A stretch of 17,822 nucleotides of DNA, taken from the NCBI GenBank assembly GCA_031366795.1, contig JANLOX010000087.1, positions 1-17,822 on the forward strand. The letters are read 5' to 3'. Origin of the DNA: Candidatus Eiseniibacteriota bacterium (GTDB taxonomy: Bacteria > Eisenbacteria > RBG-16-71-46). A program made the translations under genes and the position numbers. Every line of letters begins with the position of its first letter. Position 1 is the stretch's first letter. Under the pieces are notes generated by a model. It ran no database searches. It saw only the letters and a list, made by a program, of their open reading frames with translations, and was not told where the DNA came from. Positions 7,802 to 16,444 of this stretch are shown here, in pieces.

Positions 7802-9960
7802 TTGCTATAATCGCGATGCTCGCCTCCCTGGTCATGCCGCTGACCGCGACAGCCGGCGCGGATCCCCGCCCGGCGGCAGCGGCGATCGCCGCGACCCGAG
7901 CCCCGGCGATGCGGCTAGCGGACGACGGTGTGGTCATCGATGCCGGGACCATGGGCGAGCTGAAGCTGGGCTATCCCTCACCGGGCGCGAGCCAGGTGCG
8001 CACGCATGCGCTGCTCGAAAAGCACCTCGCCGGCCGCACCGCAACCCTGGTCTATGAAGGCGGCGGCCGGATCGAGTTGTCGCTCGGTCAGGACGGGATG
8101 ATCGCCATGTCCGCCTCGTCCATGCCCGCGGATGTAGGCGTGATCAGTGTCGCCATGGTGCTCGACTTCGGCTTCAGCGCGGGTGGTACGTGGCGGATCG
8201 ACGATGCGGAGGCGCTGCCGTTTCCCGCGACGGTGCCCAAGAACCCGAATTTCTACCAGGGCAACGCGCATCGATTGTTGCTGCAGAACGCTGACGGCGA
8301 GACGATCACCTTTAAATTTCCCGGTCTGGGCTACGCGCAACTGCAAGACAACCGCGCATGGAACTGGAAGACCTACGAGTGGTCGTTCGTGATTCCATGC
8401 GGGCCCGGCACATCACCGCTCCGCTACCGTGTGAGTCTGGGCGGCTTGGTGAAGTCCAGAGTGGTGGCGGACGAGTTCGGCCAAAGCGCCACCGGGAACT
8501 ACCCGGGCAAGGTCACCTCACTCGCCGAGCTACGCGCCGACGTCGCGTCCGAGGCCCGCTGGCTCGCCTCGCTCAAACCCCCCGCGCGCGATGCCTATGG
8601 CGGATTGCCGGGTGGCGGCTCCACGCTCGGGCTCACCGCGTCCGGCTTCTTCCACATCCAGCACCGCGGCGTGAAATCGTATCTCGTCGATCCATTGGGC
8701 AACGCGTTCTTCCATTTGGGCATCTGCGCGTTCGGACCCGCGGACGACTTCACGTACGTCACAGGCCGCGAGCGCAGCTTCCGCTGGATTCCCTCGCCTG
8801 ACGACAGCCTGTTCGGTTCCGCGTTCCTGCGCTCTTACCCGACCTCGTTCTCGTTCCATCTCGCCAATCGCATCCGCAAAACCGGAACGCCGTTCGCGCT
8901 CGACGAATACCTCCGCACGATGATTGCCCGCGGCCGCGCGTGGGGCTTCAACTCATGCGGGGCGTTCTCCGCCGCGTTCGAGCCGGCGGAGCGCCACGCC
9001 GGCTGGCCCTACGTGGCGACGCTTCCATTCTCGTCATGGCAGGGCATGCGCGATCTGCCGGGCGTCGCGGGGGTGTGGGATCCATTCGACGGACGCAACC
9101 GTGTCCTCGCGGATTCGCTGCTTTCGGTTTTCGTGACGCCGCATGCCGATGACCCCCTGCTAATCGGTTACTACATCGCGAACGAGCCTGAGTTCGAGAA
9201 TCTGTCGAGGGTACTGCCGGCCCTCGATGCGTCCTTCGCCTGCAAGCGGGAGTTCGTCGATGGGCTGCGCCGCGAGTACGCGACCCTCGGAGCGTTCAAT
9301 CGGGCGTGGAACATGCGCTTGCGATCCTTCGACGAGCTCGCGGGCCGTGGGCTCGCCGCCACGACCTCCGTGGCGCGTCGCGACGTGGAGGGGTTTGCCG
9401 GCCGGTTCCTCGACCAGTACTTCAGCACGGTGAGCAGCGCCTTCCGGCGCCACGACGCGAACCACCTGTTGCTCGGCAACCGCTTCAAGCCCACGACGAT
9501 CGCCAAGGACGACCGGCTCATCCGCACCTGCGGCAAGTACGTCGACGTGTTCTCGATCAATTACTACGCGAGCCGGATCGACTCGCGCGTGCTCGATCGC
9601 GTGCACCGGGTGAGCGGGGCGAGGCCGCTGTTGCTGAGCGAGTTCTACTTTGCTTCCCCGTCCGACAGCCGCTTGCCGGGAGGCGGGCCCGAAGTGGCCA
9701 GTCAGGCCGCGCGCGGCCGCGCCTATCGCGCCTATGTCGAGCAGGCAGCGGTGCTGGGTTACGTGGTGGGAACCGAGTGGTTCACGCTCGTCGACCAGTC
9801 GCTCACGGGGCGCTACTTCGAACGGTACAACGGCCAGAACTCGAACACCGGCCTGATCAGCGTGGCGGACAGGCCGTGGCGCGCGATGATCGAGCAGATG
9901 ATCCCCACGAACTACGGGATCTACGACGTGCTGCTTGGCAAACGCCGCGCGATGCCGTAG
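7798..9960 (+). CDS. Exported glycoside hydrolase, GH50/beta-agarase-like (clan GH-A)
   Basis: Motifs GFFH, YLVDPLGNAFF, WGFNS, DDPLLIGYYIANEP (acid/base Glu), DANHLLLGNRF, YVDVFSINYY, PLLLSEF (nucleophile Glu), WFTLVDQ..TGR and NSNTGL..V.DRPW. Signal peptide present. ATGA overlap with the upstream gene. Confidence 0.85.
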   Translation: MIAIIAMLASLVMPLTATAGADPRPAAAAIAATRAPAMRLADDGVVIDAGTMGELKLGYPSPGASQVRTHALLEKHLAGRTATLVYEGGGRIELSLGQDGMIAMSASSMPADVGVISVAMVLDFGFSAGGTWRIDDAEALPFPATVPKNPNFYQGNAHRLLLQNADGETITFKFPGLGYAQLQDNRAWNWKTYEWSFVIPCGPGTSPLRYRVSLGGLVKSRVVADEFGQSATGNYPGKVTSLAELRADVASEARWLASLKPPARDAYGGLPGGGSTLGLTASGFFHIQHRGVKSYLVDPLGNAFFHLGICAFGPADDFTYVTGRERSFRWIPSPDDSLFGSAFLRSYPTSFSFHLANRIRKTGTPFALDEYLRTMIARGRAWGFNSCGAFSAAFEPAERHAGWPYVATLPFSSWQGMRDLPGVAGVWDPFDGRNRVLADSLLSVFVTPHADDPLLIGYYIANEPEFENLSRVLPALDASFACKREFVDGLRREYATLGAFNRAWNMRLRSFDELAGRGLAATTSVARRDVEGFAGRFLDQYFSTVSSAFRRHDANHLLLGNRFKPTTIAKDDRLIRTCGKYVDVFSINYYASRIDSRVLDRVHRVSGARPLLLSEFYFASPSDSRLPGGGPEVASQAARGRAYRAYVEQAAVLGYVVGTEWFTLVDQSLTGRYFERYNGQNSNTGLISVADRPWRAMIEQMIPTNYGIYDVLLGKRRAMP

Positions 9961-10025
9961 CGCTTCAGCCGCACCTGCTGTCGCGGGAGCGCCGTGCGCC
10001 GTCGCAAGGCCAAAGCTTCCGCGGC

Positions 10026-10478
10026 TCAGTCCTGGTTGAGCGCCTTGGCCAGGGCCGACTCGATATCAGCCACGGTGTGCTTGGTCAGGTCCTTCCCGAG
10101 TTCATGCCGGACGGCGCCAAGTACGGCGGGGGACATCGCCTTGCGCAGCGTGCCGAGCGCGATGGGGGGAGCCACGACGATCAAGTGTTCGTACGCATCG
10201 GCGCGAAGGTCCTCGGCCATGTCATCGGCGAGGCGCTGGAGGAAACGGTCCTCAGCGATGCGGTGCCAGTCCGGCGATTCCACGGAGGAGCGGTTGCCGA
10301 AAGAATCGTTCATGCGGCCCGGCTTGTCGCTGCCCTGCTCGCGGGTGGGCGGATTCTCCTCACCATAGGAGCGCTCCAACTTCAGGTTCGGCGAGTGGTT
10401 ATCGCCGGCATTGTGAAACACCAGCGCCTTTCCCCCGTCGGCGACGAGTACTCGGGTTCCGCTCATAAGGTGTTTCAT
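10026..10478 (-). CDS. Host-attachment family protein (AtsE-like / baeRF12-type)
   Basis: VLVADGGKALVFHN, SDKPGR, DWHRIAEDRF, LIVVAPP.ALG.LR and ELGKDLT match the family pattern. ATG 10478 follows GGGGG. Confidence 0.88.
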   Translation of the reverse strand: MKHLMSGTRVLVADGGKALVFHNAGDNHSPNLKLERSYGEENPPTREQGSDKPGRMNDSFGNRSSVESPDWHRIAEDRFLQRLADDMAEDLRADAYEHLIVVAPPIALGTLRKAMSPAVLGAVRHELGKDLTKHTVADIESALAKALNQD

Positions 10479-10634
10479 GAAGCCCCCACTGGCGGACCTT
10501 GCCACTCATCGCCCGGGCAGTCCGACCCGCGGCGAATTCCAACTGGCCCATCGCTCCCACTGAAGGGATGCTACACCTGCTGGAGGAAAGCGAACAGCGC
10601 GCGGAGGTGCGAGCGAGGGCCAATCCGGCCGGGG

Positions 10635-11147
10635 TCAGAATCCTGCCCGAACCGCGTGAGCTTTCGCATCTCCGCTGCCGTCAACGGATTTGCCGGACTT
10701 GTCGAACAACTCGAGTTTGATCGTGGAGTCGAACGAGCGTCCATCCGCGGACAGTTGGATCTTCTCGCTCAGCACTCCGGAGCCGGCCGGGAGCCAGCCC
10801 CCACCCGTGAGCACCGCCTTCACGTTCGCCGGCGGCTGCGTGGTGAAGAACGTGTACCTGGCTTCGAAGGTGTTCGCCTCGGTCTCACGCCACTCCCCGT
10901 ATGCGGGCGGCACGGGCGGCACACCGTCATAATTCGACGACTCGGTCATCGTGCCACCGGCATTGAACACATAGAGGAACCGGAGGTCCTTGATGGAGGC
11001 CAGGGCGCCGTTACTGAATTGCACGTCGCCGCGCCAGGCGCCAATCAGCGCCGCAGGAGCTGCGGCTGGCGCGGGCCCGGAACATCCGGCGAACGCAAGC
11101 AGGGTGGAGAGGCCGATCAGGCATAGCGAGATACGGAATGTGCGCAT
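10635..11147 (-). CDS. Hypothetical lipoprotein, probably a lipocalin-like beta-barrel
   Basis: Lipobox FAG|C, then an Ala/Pro linker, LIGAWRG, FNAGGT and YGEW strand motifs. GGAGG lies upstream of TTG 11150/ATG 11147. Confidence 0.75.
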   Translation of the reverse strand: MRTFRISLCLIGLSTLLAFAGCSGPAPAAAPAALIGAWRGDVQFSNGALASIKDLRFLYVFNAGGTMTESSNYDGVPPVPPAYGEWRETEANTFEARYTFFTTQPPANVKAVLTGGGWLPAGSGVLSEKIQLSADGRSFDSTIKLELFDKSGKSVDGSGDAKAHAVRAGF

Positions 11148-11268
11148 CAATATTCCCTCCGGGACGGCGGTGACCGGCAGGGTAGCACGCGACGCGAACG
11201 TATGAGGACCGTCCCTCCAGAGGAGAACGATGGTTCTCGTGCGGGTTCGCGGAGGCGTACCGCGGGAG

Positions 11269-11664
11269 TCAGGCTGTCTTGGCCTGCTCAGCCGGTTCGC
11301 CCATCAACTGGCGAATTGTCGCGAGCAACTCCTCGTTGTTGGCCGGCTTCTGGAAATACGCCTCGGCGCCTGCGGCCAGCATCCGCTCCCGGTTTGTTTC
11401 GGGATCGCGAGCGCTGAGTACGACGAACGGCAGCACGCGATTCTGGCTCATGGCCTTGAGCCGCTGGATCACAACGAACCCATCTCCCCCCGGCAGGCCG
11501 ATGTCGAGCAGCACGAGGTCGGGCTTGTCCCTTCTTGCTAACGCCACGGCCTGCATCCCGTCGTTCGCAAACGCCGTGTCAAAACCCGCAGCACGAAGGC
11601 GGATCGCGAGCGCCTGCTGCTGGTCGGCATCGTCATCCACGATCAGAATTCTCTTCCGGCTCAT
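11269..11664 (-). CDS. Single-domain response regulator (receiver only)
   Basis: RILIVDDD, PDLVLLDIGLP (phospho-Asp), VLSA and YFQKP. 131 aa with no output domain. Starts 1 nt after the kinase stop. Confidence 0.95.
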   Translation of the reverse strand: MSRKRILIVDDDADQQQALAIRLRAAGFDTAFANDGMQAVALARRDKPDLVLLDIGLPGGDGFVVIQRLKAMSQNRVLPFVVLSARDPETNRERMLAAGAEAYFQKPANNEELLATIRQLMGEPAEQAKTA

Positions 11665-11665
11665 G

Positions 11666-13378
11666 TCAGGCAGCTCTCTTCCATGACGTGTTTTCCAGGT
11701 GCGGGTCGATCATCCCGGCGACCGTCTGGGCAACTTCGGCGTTTCGGTAGTTCCCCCGCCCGTGGGGCAGCGACAGCAAAGTCGTGGTGACTTCCCACAC
11801 GTAGCCATTCCTGCCGATCTCCTCGGTGGCCGTGAGTTGTTCCTTGATACGACTGGCCAGGATTCCCGCGCCCGCCTCATCCGCTATCGCCACCACCACG
11901 ATCGTCTCCGACCGGTCGTCTTCACCCAGTCGTGGCAACACGACGTCCATCGAGGGATTGGTGCACGCCTTCACGGTTTGCCACGCCGCACCGACTGGAG
12001 ATGCACCCGTTTGCGTGATTTCCTGATCGGCCTGAGGGGAGACATGCACGCGCACCACCGCGAGCGTGCCCCGCTCGAGATTCTTGCCGCTCAGCACCGG
12101 GGCGAGCAGCGTGGCAAGGTCGAACACCGGAACCGTGAAATGAAACCTGCTGCCTTCCCCCGGTCCGCCTTCGACCCATAGTCGGCCACCCTGCCGCAGG
12201 ACCAATTCGCGGCAGATGTAGAGCCCGAGCCCCAGGCCCTTGCGACTCCGGTTGGAGCAGTCGTTGACCTGGTAGAGGCGATCAAAGATCCGCTCTTGTT
12301 CAGTGGGAGCGATACCGCAGCCCGTATCCTCCACGCTCAGACGCACTGCAGCGGGGTCCCCGGCGTCGACTCGGGCGCGGACCGTCACCGTTCCGCCCTC
12401 GGGAGTGAACTTGATGGCGTTCTCCACGAGGTTGACGATCACTTGTCGGAGCCGCCCGGGATCGCCGACGGCCTCCGGGAGAGCCTCGGCAACGTCCGCG
12501 TGCAGACGGATGCGCTTTGCCGACGCGACCATCGCCAGGGATGCGGTGACTTCGGTCGCGATATGGCCAAGCCCGATGCGACACCGATCCAGGGCCAGCT
12601 TGCCGGTGCCGGCGCGCGTGCTGTCGATCAGGTCGCCGATCATCCGCTGGAGCTGCAACGCGTTCTTGAGCGCGATGTCGAGGAACTCCCGCTGCTGGCC
12701 GCTGATCGAGCCGGCGAGGCCATCGAGCAGGATCGACACATACTGATAGATGACCGTCAGTGGCGAGCGCAATTCGTGCGAAACATGTGAGACGAGCTGG
12801 TCCCGCAGTTCAAGTTGGTTCCGCTGTTCACTGCGCAGGTCGGTCTCGGCCTGACGCAATGCGCCGACGGTGTGGCGTAATTCCTCGAAGGCGCGCCGCA
12901 ATTCGAGTTGGTACACCACCTGACGGCCCAGCACACGAAGCGCCTCGAGCTGCCCGGCGTGCAGTTCCCGCGGCGTCCGGTCGATCACGCACAACGAGCC
13001 GAGCGCATCGCCGGCGAAAGTCACCAGCGGCGTGCCTGCGTAAAAGCGAATCTTGGGATCCCCAACGACCAGCACATTATCGGCGAAGCGGGCATCCTTC
13101 GTGGCATCGGGGACCACGAGCACGTGGCCGGGTTCAAGGATGGCATGCGAGCAGAATGCGGCGTCGCGATGCGTCTCGCGCACATCCAAGCCAACGATCG
13201 ACTTGAACCACTGGCGTTGTTCGTCCACGAGGCTGATGGCGGAGATCGGCGTGCCACAGATCTGCGACGCGAGCAGCGTGACGTCATCGAAACTCTGCTC
13301 GGGCATCGTGTCGAGGATATGGAAGGAGCGCAATGTCGCGAGGCGCCCGCGCTCGTCTTCTGGAATAGCTGCCTGCAT
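11666..13378 (-). CDS. Cytoplasmic GAF-domain sensor histidine kinase with a C-terminal extension
   Basis: GAF: ILDT.PEQSFDD, SLVDEQRQWFKS, FCSHAI, DARFADN, IRFYAGTPL. H-box VSHELRSPL, N-box NLVENAIKFT, G1 VEDTGCGI, G2 GLGLGLYIC. No transmembrane helix seen. ATG 13378 is preferred over the TTG at 13438. Confidence 0.95.
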   Translation of the reverse strand: MQAAIPEDERGRLATLRSFHILDTMPEQSFDDVTLLASQICGTPISAISLVDEQRQWFKSIVGLDVRETHRDAAFCSHAILEPGHVLVVPDATKDARFADNVLVVGDPKIRFYAGTPLVTFAGDALGSLCVIDRTPRELHAGQLEALRVLGRQVVYQLELRRAFEELRHTVGALRQAETDLRSEQRNQLELRDQLVSHVSHELRSPLTVIYQYVSILLDGLAGSISGQQREFLDIALKNALQLQRMIGDLIDSTRAGTGKLALDRCRIGLGHIATEVTASLAMVASAKRIRLHADVAEALPEAVGDPGRLRQVIVNLVENAIKFTPEGGTVTVRARVDAGDPAAVRLSVEDTGCGIAPTEQERIFDRLYQVNDCSNRSRKGLGLGLYICRELVLRQGGRLWVEGGPGEGSRFHFTVPVFDLATLLAPVLSGKNLERGTLAVVRVHVSPQADQEITQTGASPVGAAWQTVKACTNPSMDVVLPRLGEDDRSETIVVVAIADEAGAGILASRIKEQLTATEEIGRNGYVWEVTTTLLSLPHGRGNYRNAEVAQTVAGMIDPHLENTSWKRAA

Positions 13379-13474
13379 TCGTTCGCCTTCGCCGGACCGG
13401 AATTGCCTGCCTGTGCAGGGCACATTCGTTCTGGACAAGGTATCGGCCAGTGAGTGGAAAATCCCAACTGGAAT

Positions 13475-14545
13475 CTACCCGTCCAGCGTTCGCTCGAGCA
13501 CGCCCAGCCAGTTCCTCCAGCACAACTTCTCAATCAACGCCTCGCCATAGCCGTGAGTACGCATCGCGTCGATCAGGCGCGGGAGGCCGGCCACGTCGCC
13601 GATGGCTTGCGGGATTGTCGCCCCATCGAAGTCGGAACCGAAGCCGACTCCGCTCTCGCCCAGTTGATCGATCAGGTGGTCGAAATGCCGTACGACCTGG
13701 TCGAGCGGCGTGTCGGTGTTGAGCCTGCCGTCGTCGCGCAGGAATGTCGTCGCAAAATTGACCCCCACCATGCCGCCACGCTCGCGGATGGCCGCCAGTT
13801 GGCGATCGGTCAGGTTGCGCGAGTGCGGACAGATCGCATGCGCGTTGGAATGGGTGGCGACGAGCGGCGCCGTGCTGGCCGCGGCGACATCCCAGAAGCC
13901 CCGCTCGGTCAGGTGCGAGACGTCCACCATGATGCGGAGGCGATTGCATTCACGCACGAGTTGCTTGCCAAGGCCGGTCAACCCCGGCCCGCTGTCGGGT
14001 GACGATGGATAGCGAAACGGAACACCGTGACCGAATGCATTGGGACGGCTCCACACCGGGCCGAGCGAGCGCAGTCCTGAATCATGCAAACGCTGCAACA
14101 TTGCGAACTCGGGATCGATCCCCTCGGCGCCTTCCAGGTGCATCACCGCGGCGAACACGCCCTGCTCCATGCAGTCGCGGACTTGGGAAGTATCCCGGCA
14201 TACACGTACGCGGCCCTTCGATTCGGTCTCGATGCCTGTCAGCAACGTCGCCATCGCGAGTACTTCGTGCTGCGCGTGCCCAAATTCGAGTTTCAGGGGC
14301 AGCGGGACCTCGTAGCGCTCCGCCGTCATCAATTCATTCGCGGACTGCTCGCCGCCTTCGTCCTCGGGTGGAACGAAGATCGCGAATAATCCGCCCGCGA
14401 GGCCTCCCTGACGTGCCCGCGGCAGGTCGATGTGGCCGTCCCTGCCTTCGATGAACGAGCGCACCGCATCAGCGCCGCCCGCGAGGTGAAGGCGGAGCAG
14501 TACGTCATTATGGCCGTCGAAGACCCGGATGTTCGTGGCTGTCAT
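13475..14545 (-). CDS. Membrane/renal dipeptidase family (peptidase M19)
   Basis: FDGHND, GHIDLPR, HLEGAE, GLRSLGPVW, VDVSH, VATHSN, SRNLTD and GFGSDFDG. Confidence 0.95.
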   Translation of the reverse strand: MTATNIRVFDGHNDVLLRLHLAGGADAVRSFIEGRDGHIDLPRARQGGLAGGLFAIFVPPEDEGGEQSANELMTAERYEVPLPLKLEFGHAQHEVLAMATLLTGIETESKGRVRVCRDTSQVRDCMEQGVFAAVMHLEGAEGIDPEFAMLQRLHDSGLRSLGPVWSRPNAFGHGVPFRYPSSPDSGPGLTGLGKQLVRECNRLRIMVDVSHLTERGFWDVAAASTAPLVATHSNAHAICPHSRNLTDRQLAAIRERGGMVGVNFATTFLRDDGRLNTDTPLDQVVRHFDHLIDQLGESGVGFGSDFDGATIPQAIGDVAGLPRLIDAMRTHGYGEALIEKLCWRNWLGVLERTLDG

Positions 14546-14661
14546 GCCTCCAGCCTGACATGATTACGGCGCCTGCGGCGAACACGCCTCCGCGAATGCG
14601 CTATCATCCGGGCGAGCGCGCCGCGAGCTTTGGGTTCACCAACCGCAATGAGGGGAGTATC

Positions 14662-14901
14662 TTGACGAAATCCAACCTGCCAGGCATTGCGACCATGCTG
14701 GAAGAAGCGCCCTCGGACACGGGAACGAATGACCGTGTCGCGCACCTCGTGCTGAATCCGGAGTGGCCGATCGCGCTGTGCGGCGCCAACGTCAGCGAGC
14801 GATTTGGCATGCAAGCTCCGGCGATGGACCGGTGCGTGGATTGCCTGAAGATCGCAGTTACACGTGGGCTCGGCCGGCCGGGCTGGAAGCCCCCCGCCTG
14901 A
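14662..14901 (+). CDS. Small putative Zn-finger protein (DUF3039-like ligand pattern), 79 aa
   Basis: TTG at 14662 follows GAGGGGAG. H-x11-C (ALCG)-x17-CVDC. A TATCAT -10-like box lies at 14602-14607. Fills the gap between dipeptidase and GT2. Confidence 0.62.
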   Translation: MTKSNLPGIATMLEEAPSDTGTNDRVAHLVLNPEWPIALCGANVSERFGMQAPAMDRCVDCLKIAVTRGLGRPGWKPPA

Positions 14902-14908
14902 CGACGGG

Positions 14909-15580
14909 CTAGACGAATGGCGGGACGCGCGCGGGTTCGCCGTTGAACGGGAGCCTGTACTTCTCCTCATTGCGCGGCCCGCCCCACTTGTCTTCGTGGT
15001 AAGCCTGGTTGCGCTTGAAGCGTTTCCAGAAGCGGTCCGTGGCTTCGCCCTTCAGCGAGTTAAGCGAGCGGCTGTGTTCGTGTTCGAATCGAGCCGACTC
15101 CACCACGACGGGCGTATAGCCGAGCTGACTCAGGCGATAGCCCATGCACACGTCTTCCCAGTAGATCGGCCAGAAGGCCGGATCGAACGGGCCGGCCTGC
15201 AGGAACGCCGCCTTCTTGAGCAGGAAGAACGAGAACTCGTCCTTGAAGCCGAAGAACATGGCCTCCTTCGATGCCTTAGCGGCGGCCACCATCTCGCGCA
15301 GCGTGCCGGGTTCGACGATGACGTCGTCGTTTCCGATGATGATGTAGTCGTTGTACATCGCGAACAGCAGGTTCCAGCACGCCGCCAGCCCGATGTTCGT
15401 GGGCATCGTTCCTACCATGACGCCGGGGAGGCCCTCGAGCATCTCTTGCGCGTAGTGCTCAGGGCTCAAGTCGATCACCGTGATGCCGGCCAGTTCGATG
15501 TCGCTCTTCAGCGCGGCCTCGACCGCGCGACGCAGCAGCTTCGGCTGATTGTAGGTCGGCAGGCAGTAATGGACGTTCAT
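14909..15580 (-). CDS. Glycosyltransferase family 2 (GT-A fold)
   Basis: LPTYNQ..LLRR, TVID, NIGLAACWN, IIGNDD (DxD-like) and GPFDPAFWPIYWED..GYRL. ATG 15580 overlaps the upstream stop (ATGA). Confidence 0.9.
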   Translation of the reverse strand: MNVHYCLPTYNQPKLLRRAVEAALKSDIELAGITVIDLSPEHYAQEMLEGLPGVMVGTMPTNIGLAACWNLLFAMYNDYIIIGNDDVIVEPGTLREMVAAAKASKEAMFFGFKDEFSFFLLKKAAFLQAGPFDPAFWPIYWEDVCMGYRLSQLGYTPVVVESARFEHEHSRSLNSLKGEATDRFWKRFKRNQAYHEDKWGGPRNEEKYRLPFNGEPARVPPFV

Positions 15581-16227
15581 GCAGCCCTCAAGAACGACGA
15601 ATAGGCGCTCCACGTCCCCATGTCGTGATAGTCCTCGATGCGGAACGTGTCGTAACCGAACTCGCGCATGGCGGCTTCAAACGCTCGGTCGTACTCGGGG
15701 TAATCGCCTTGCATCAGTTCTTGGTCTTTCCAGAACTCGGCAACCCTGGCGCTCCAGAAGACGCAGCCCCACGCCCGCCAGCGTCCCACGCGATCCTTGG
15801 GCTTCGTAAGAATGCCGCCCTCGTGAACGAGGCTGAAGCGATGCGGCTCGTCGGTGGCGAATGTCCCGAAGGCGATGTGCGAGCCCGCGGGAATCCTGTC
15901 CTCGCACGTCCACATCGTGTCGGGCAACACCAGCAACGCCGCTTCGTCGAGCGGAATCTCACGCCGCAACGCTGCCCACAGGTGCTCATCTTGCTCGGAG
16001 CGGACCGACAGCTCCACGGAATAGTTCGACGCGTGTCGCGCCAGGAACTTGGCGTGTGTCGAAGCCTTGTCGGCGTTCGAGATGACCCGCGCGCGGTCTG
16101 CTCCCAGCGCATGGCCGCGGCGGATCGCGTCGCTCAGGAGGAACGTGGCCTCGCCGATCGGCAGGAGCTCCTTGTAGATGCCGTCGAAGCGTTCGGCCCG
16201 GCCACCGGCGGGCAGGAGCGTCAGCAT
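15577..16227 (-). CDS. Sugar-phosphate nucleotidyltransferase (NTP_transferase family, short form)
   Basis: LLPAGGRAERF...KELLPIG signature, LVLPDT, AWGC and C-terminal YHDMGTW. GGGAG is better spaced for ATG 16227 than for ATG 16233. Confidence 0.85.
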   Translation of the reverse strand: MLTLLPAGGRAERFDGIYKELLPIGEATFLLSDAIRRGHALGADRARVISNADKASTHAKFLARHASNYSVELSVRSEQDEHLWAALRREIPLDEAALLVLPDTMWTCEDRIPAGSHIAFGTFATDEPHRFSLVHEGGILTKPKDRVGRWRAWGCVFWSARVAEFWKDQELMQGDYPEYDRAFEAAMREFGYDTFRIEDYHDMGTWSAYSSFLRAA

Positions 16228-16444
16228 GGTCATCTCCCATCTAATGCTGGGACGCGCGCGTCCGGCGACGCCGGCTCACAGACGGCCCCAATTCGAGCGA
16301 TACAGCCGTACGTAGGGGGTTTCGGCGCAGGGGGACCAGCCCTTGAGGGCAAATTGCAATGCCGCCGGGGCCTGCCGGGTGGCGGGCCCGCGCTGGACCC
16401 CGCCGGGTCCCGGGCGCGGCCCTGGCCCCGCGTCGCACCCGCCT

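Noticed and set aside
9306..11126. 606-aa plus-strand ORF
   Set aside because: It overlaps the GH50-like gene out of frame and is antisense to two well-supported genes. Arg/Pro/Ala-rich with no motifs, typical of a high-GC shadow ORF.
11223..11238. GAGAAC-GATG-GTTCTC hairpin downstream of the response regulator
   Set aside because: Only 6 bp with no U-tract, too weak to call a terminator.
16349..16364. Sigma54-like CGGCA...TTGC on the minus strand
   Set aside because: GG-to-GC spacing is 11 nt rather than the strictly required 10.
9961..16444. Genomic island or mobile element in the functionally mixed right half
   Set aside because: No integrase, transposase, tRNA or flanking direct repeats seen. 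A compositional shift cannot be established without computation.
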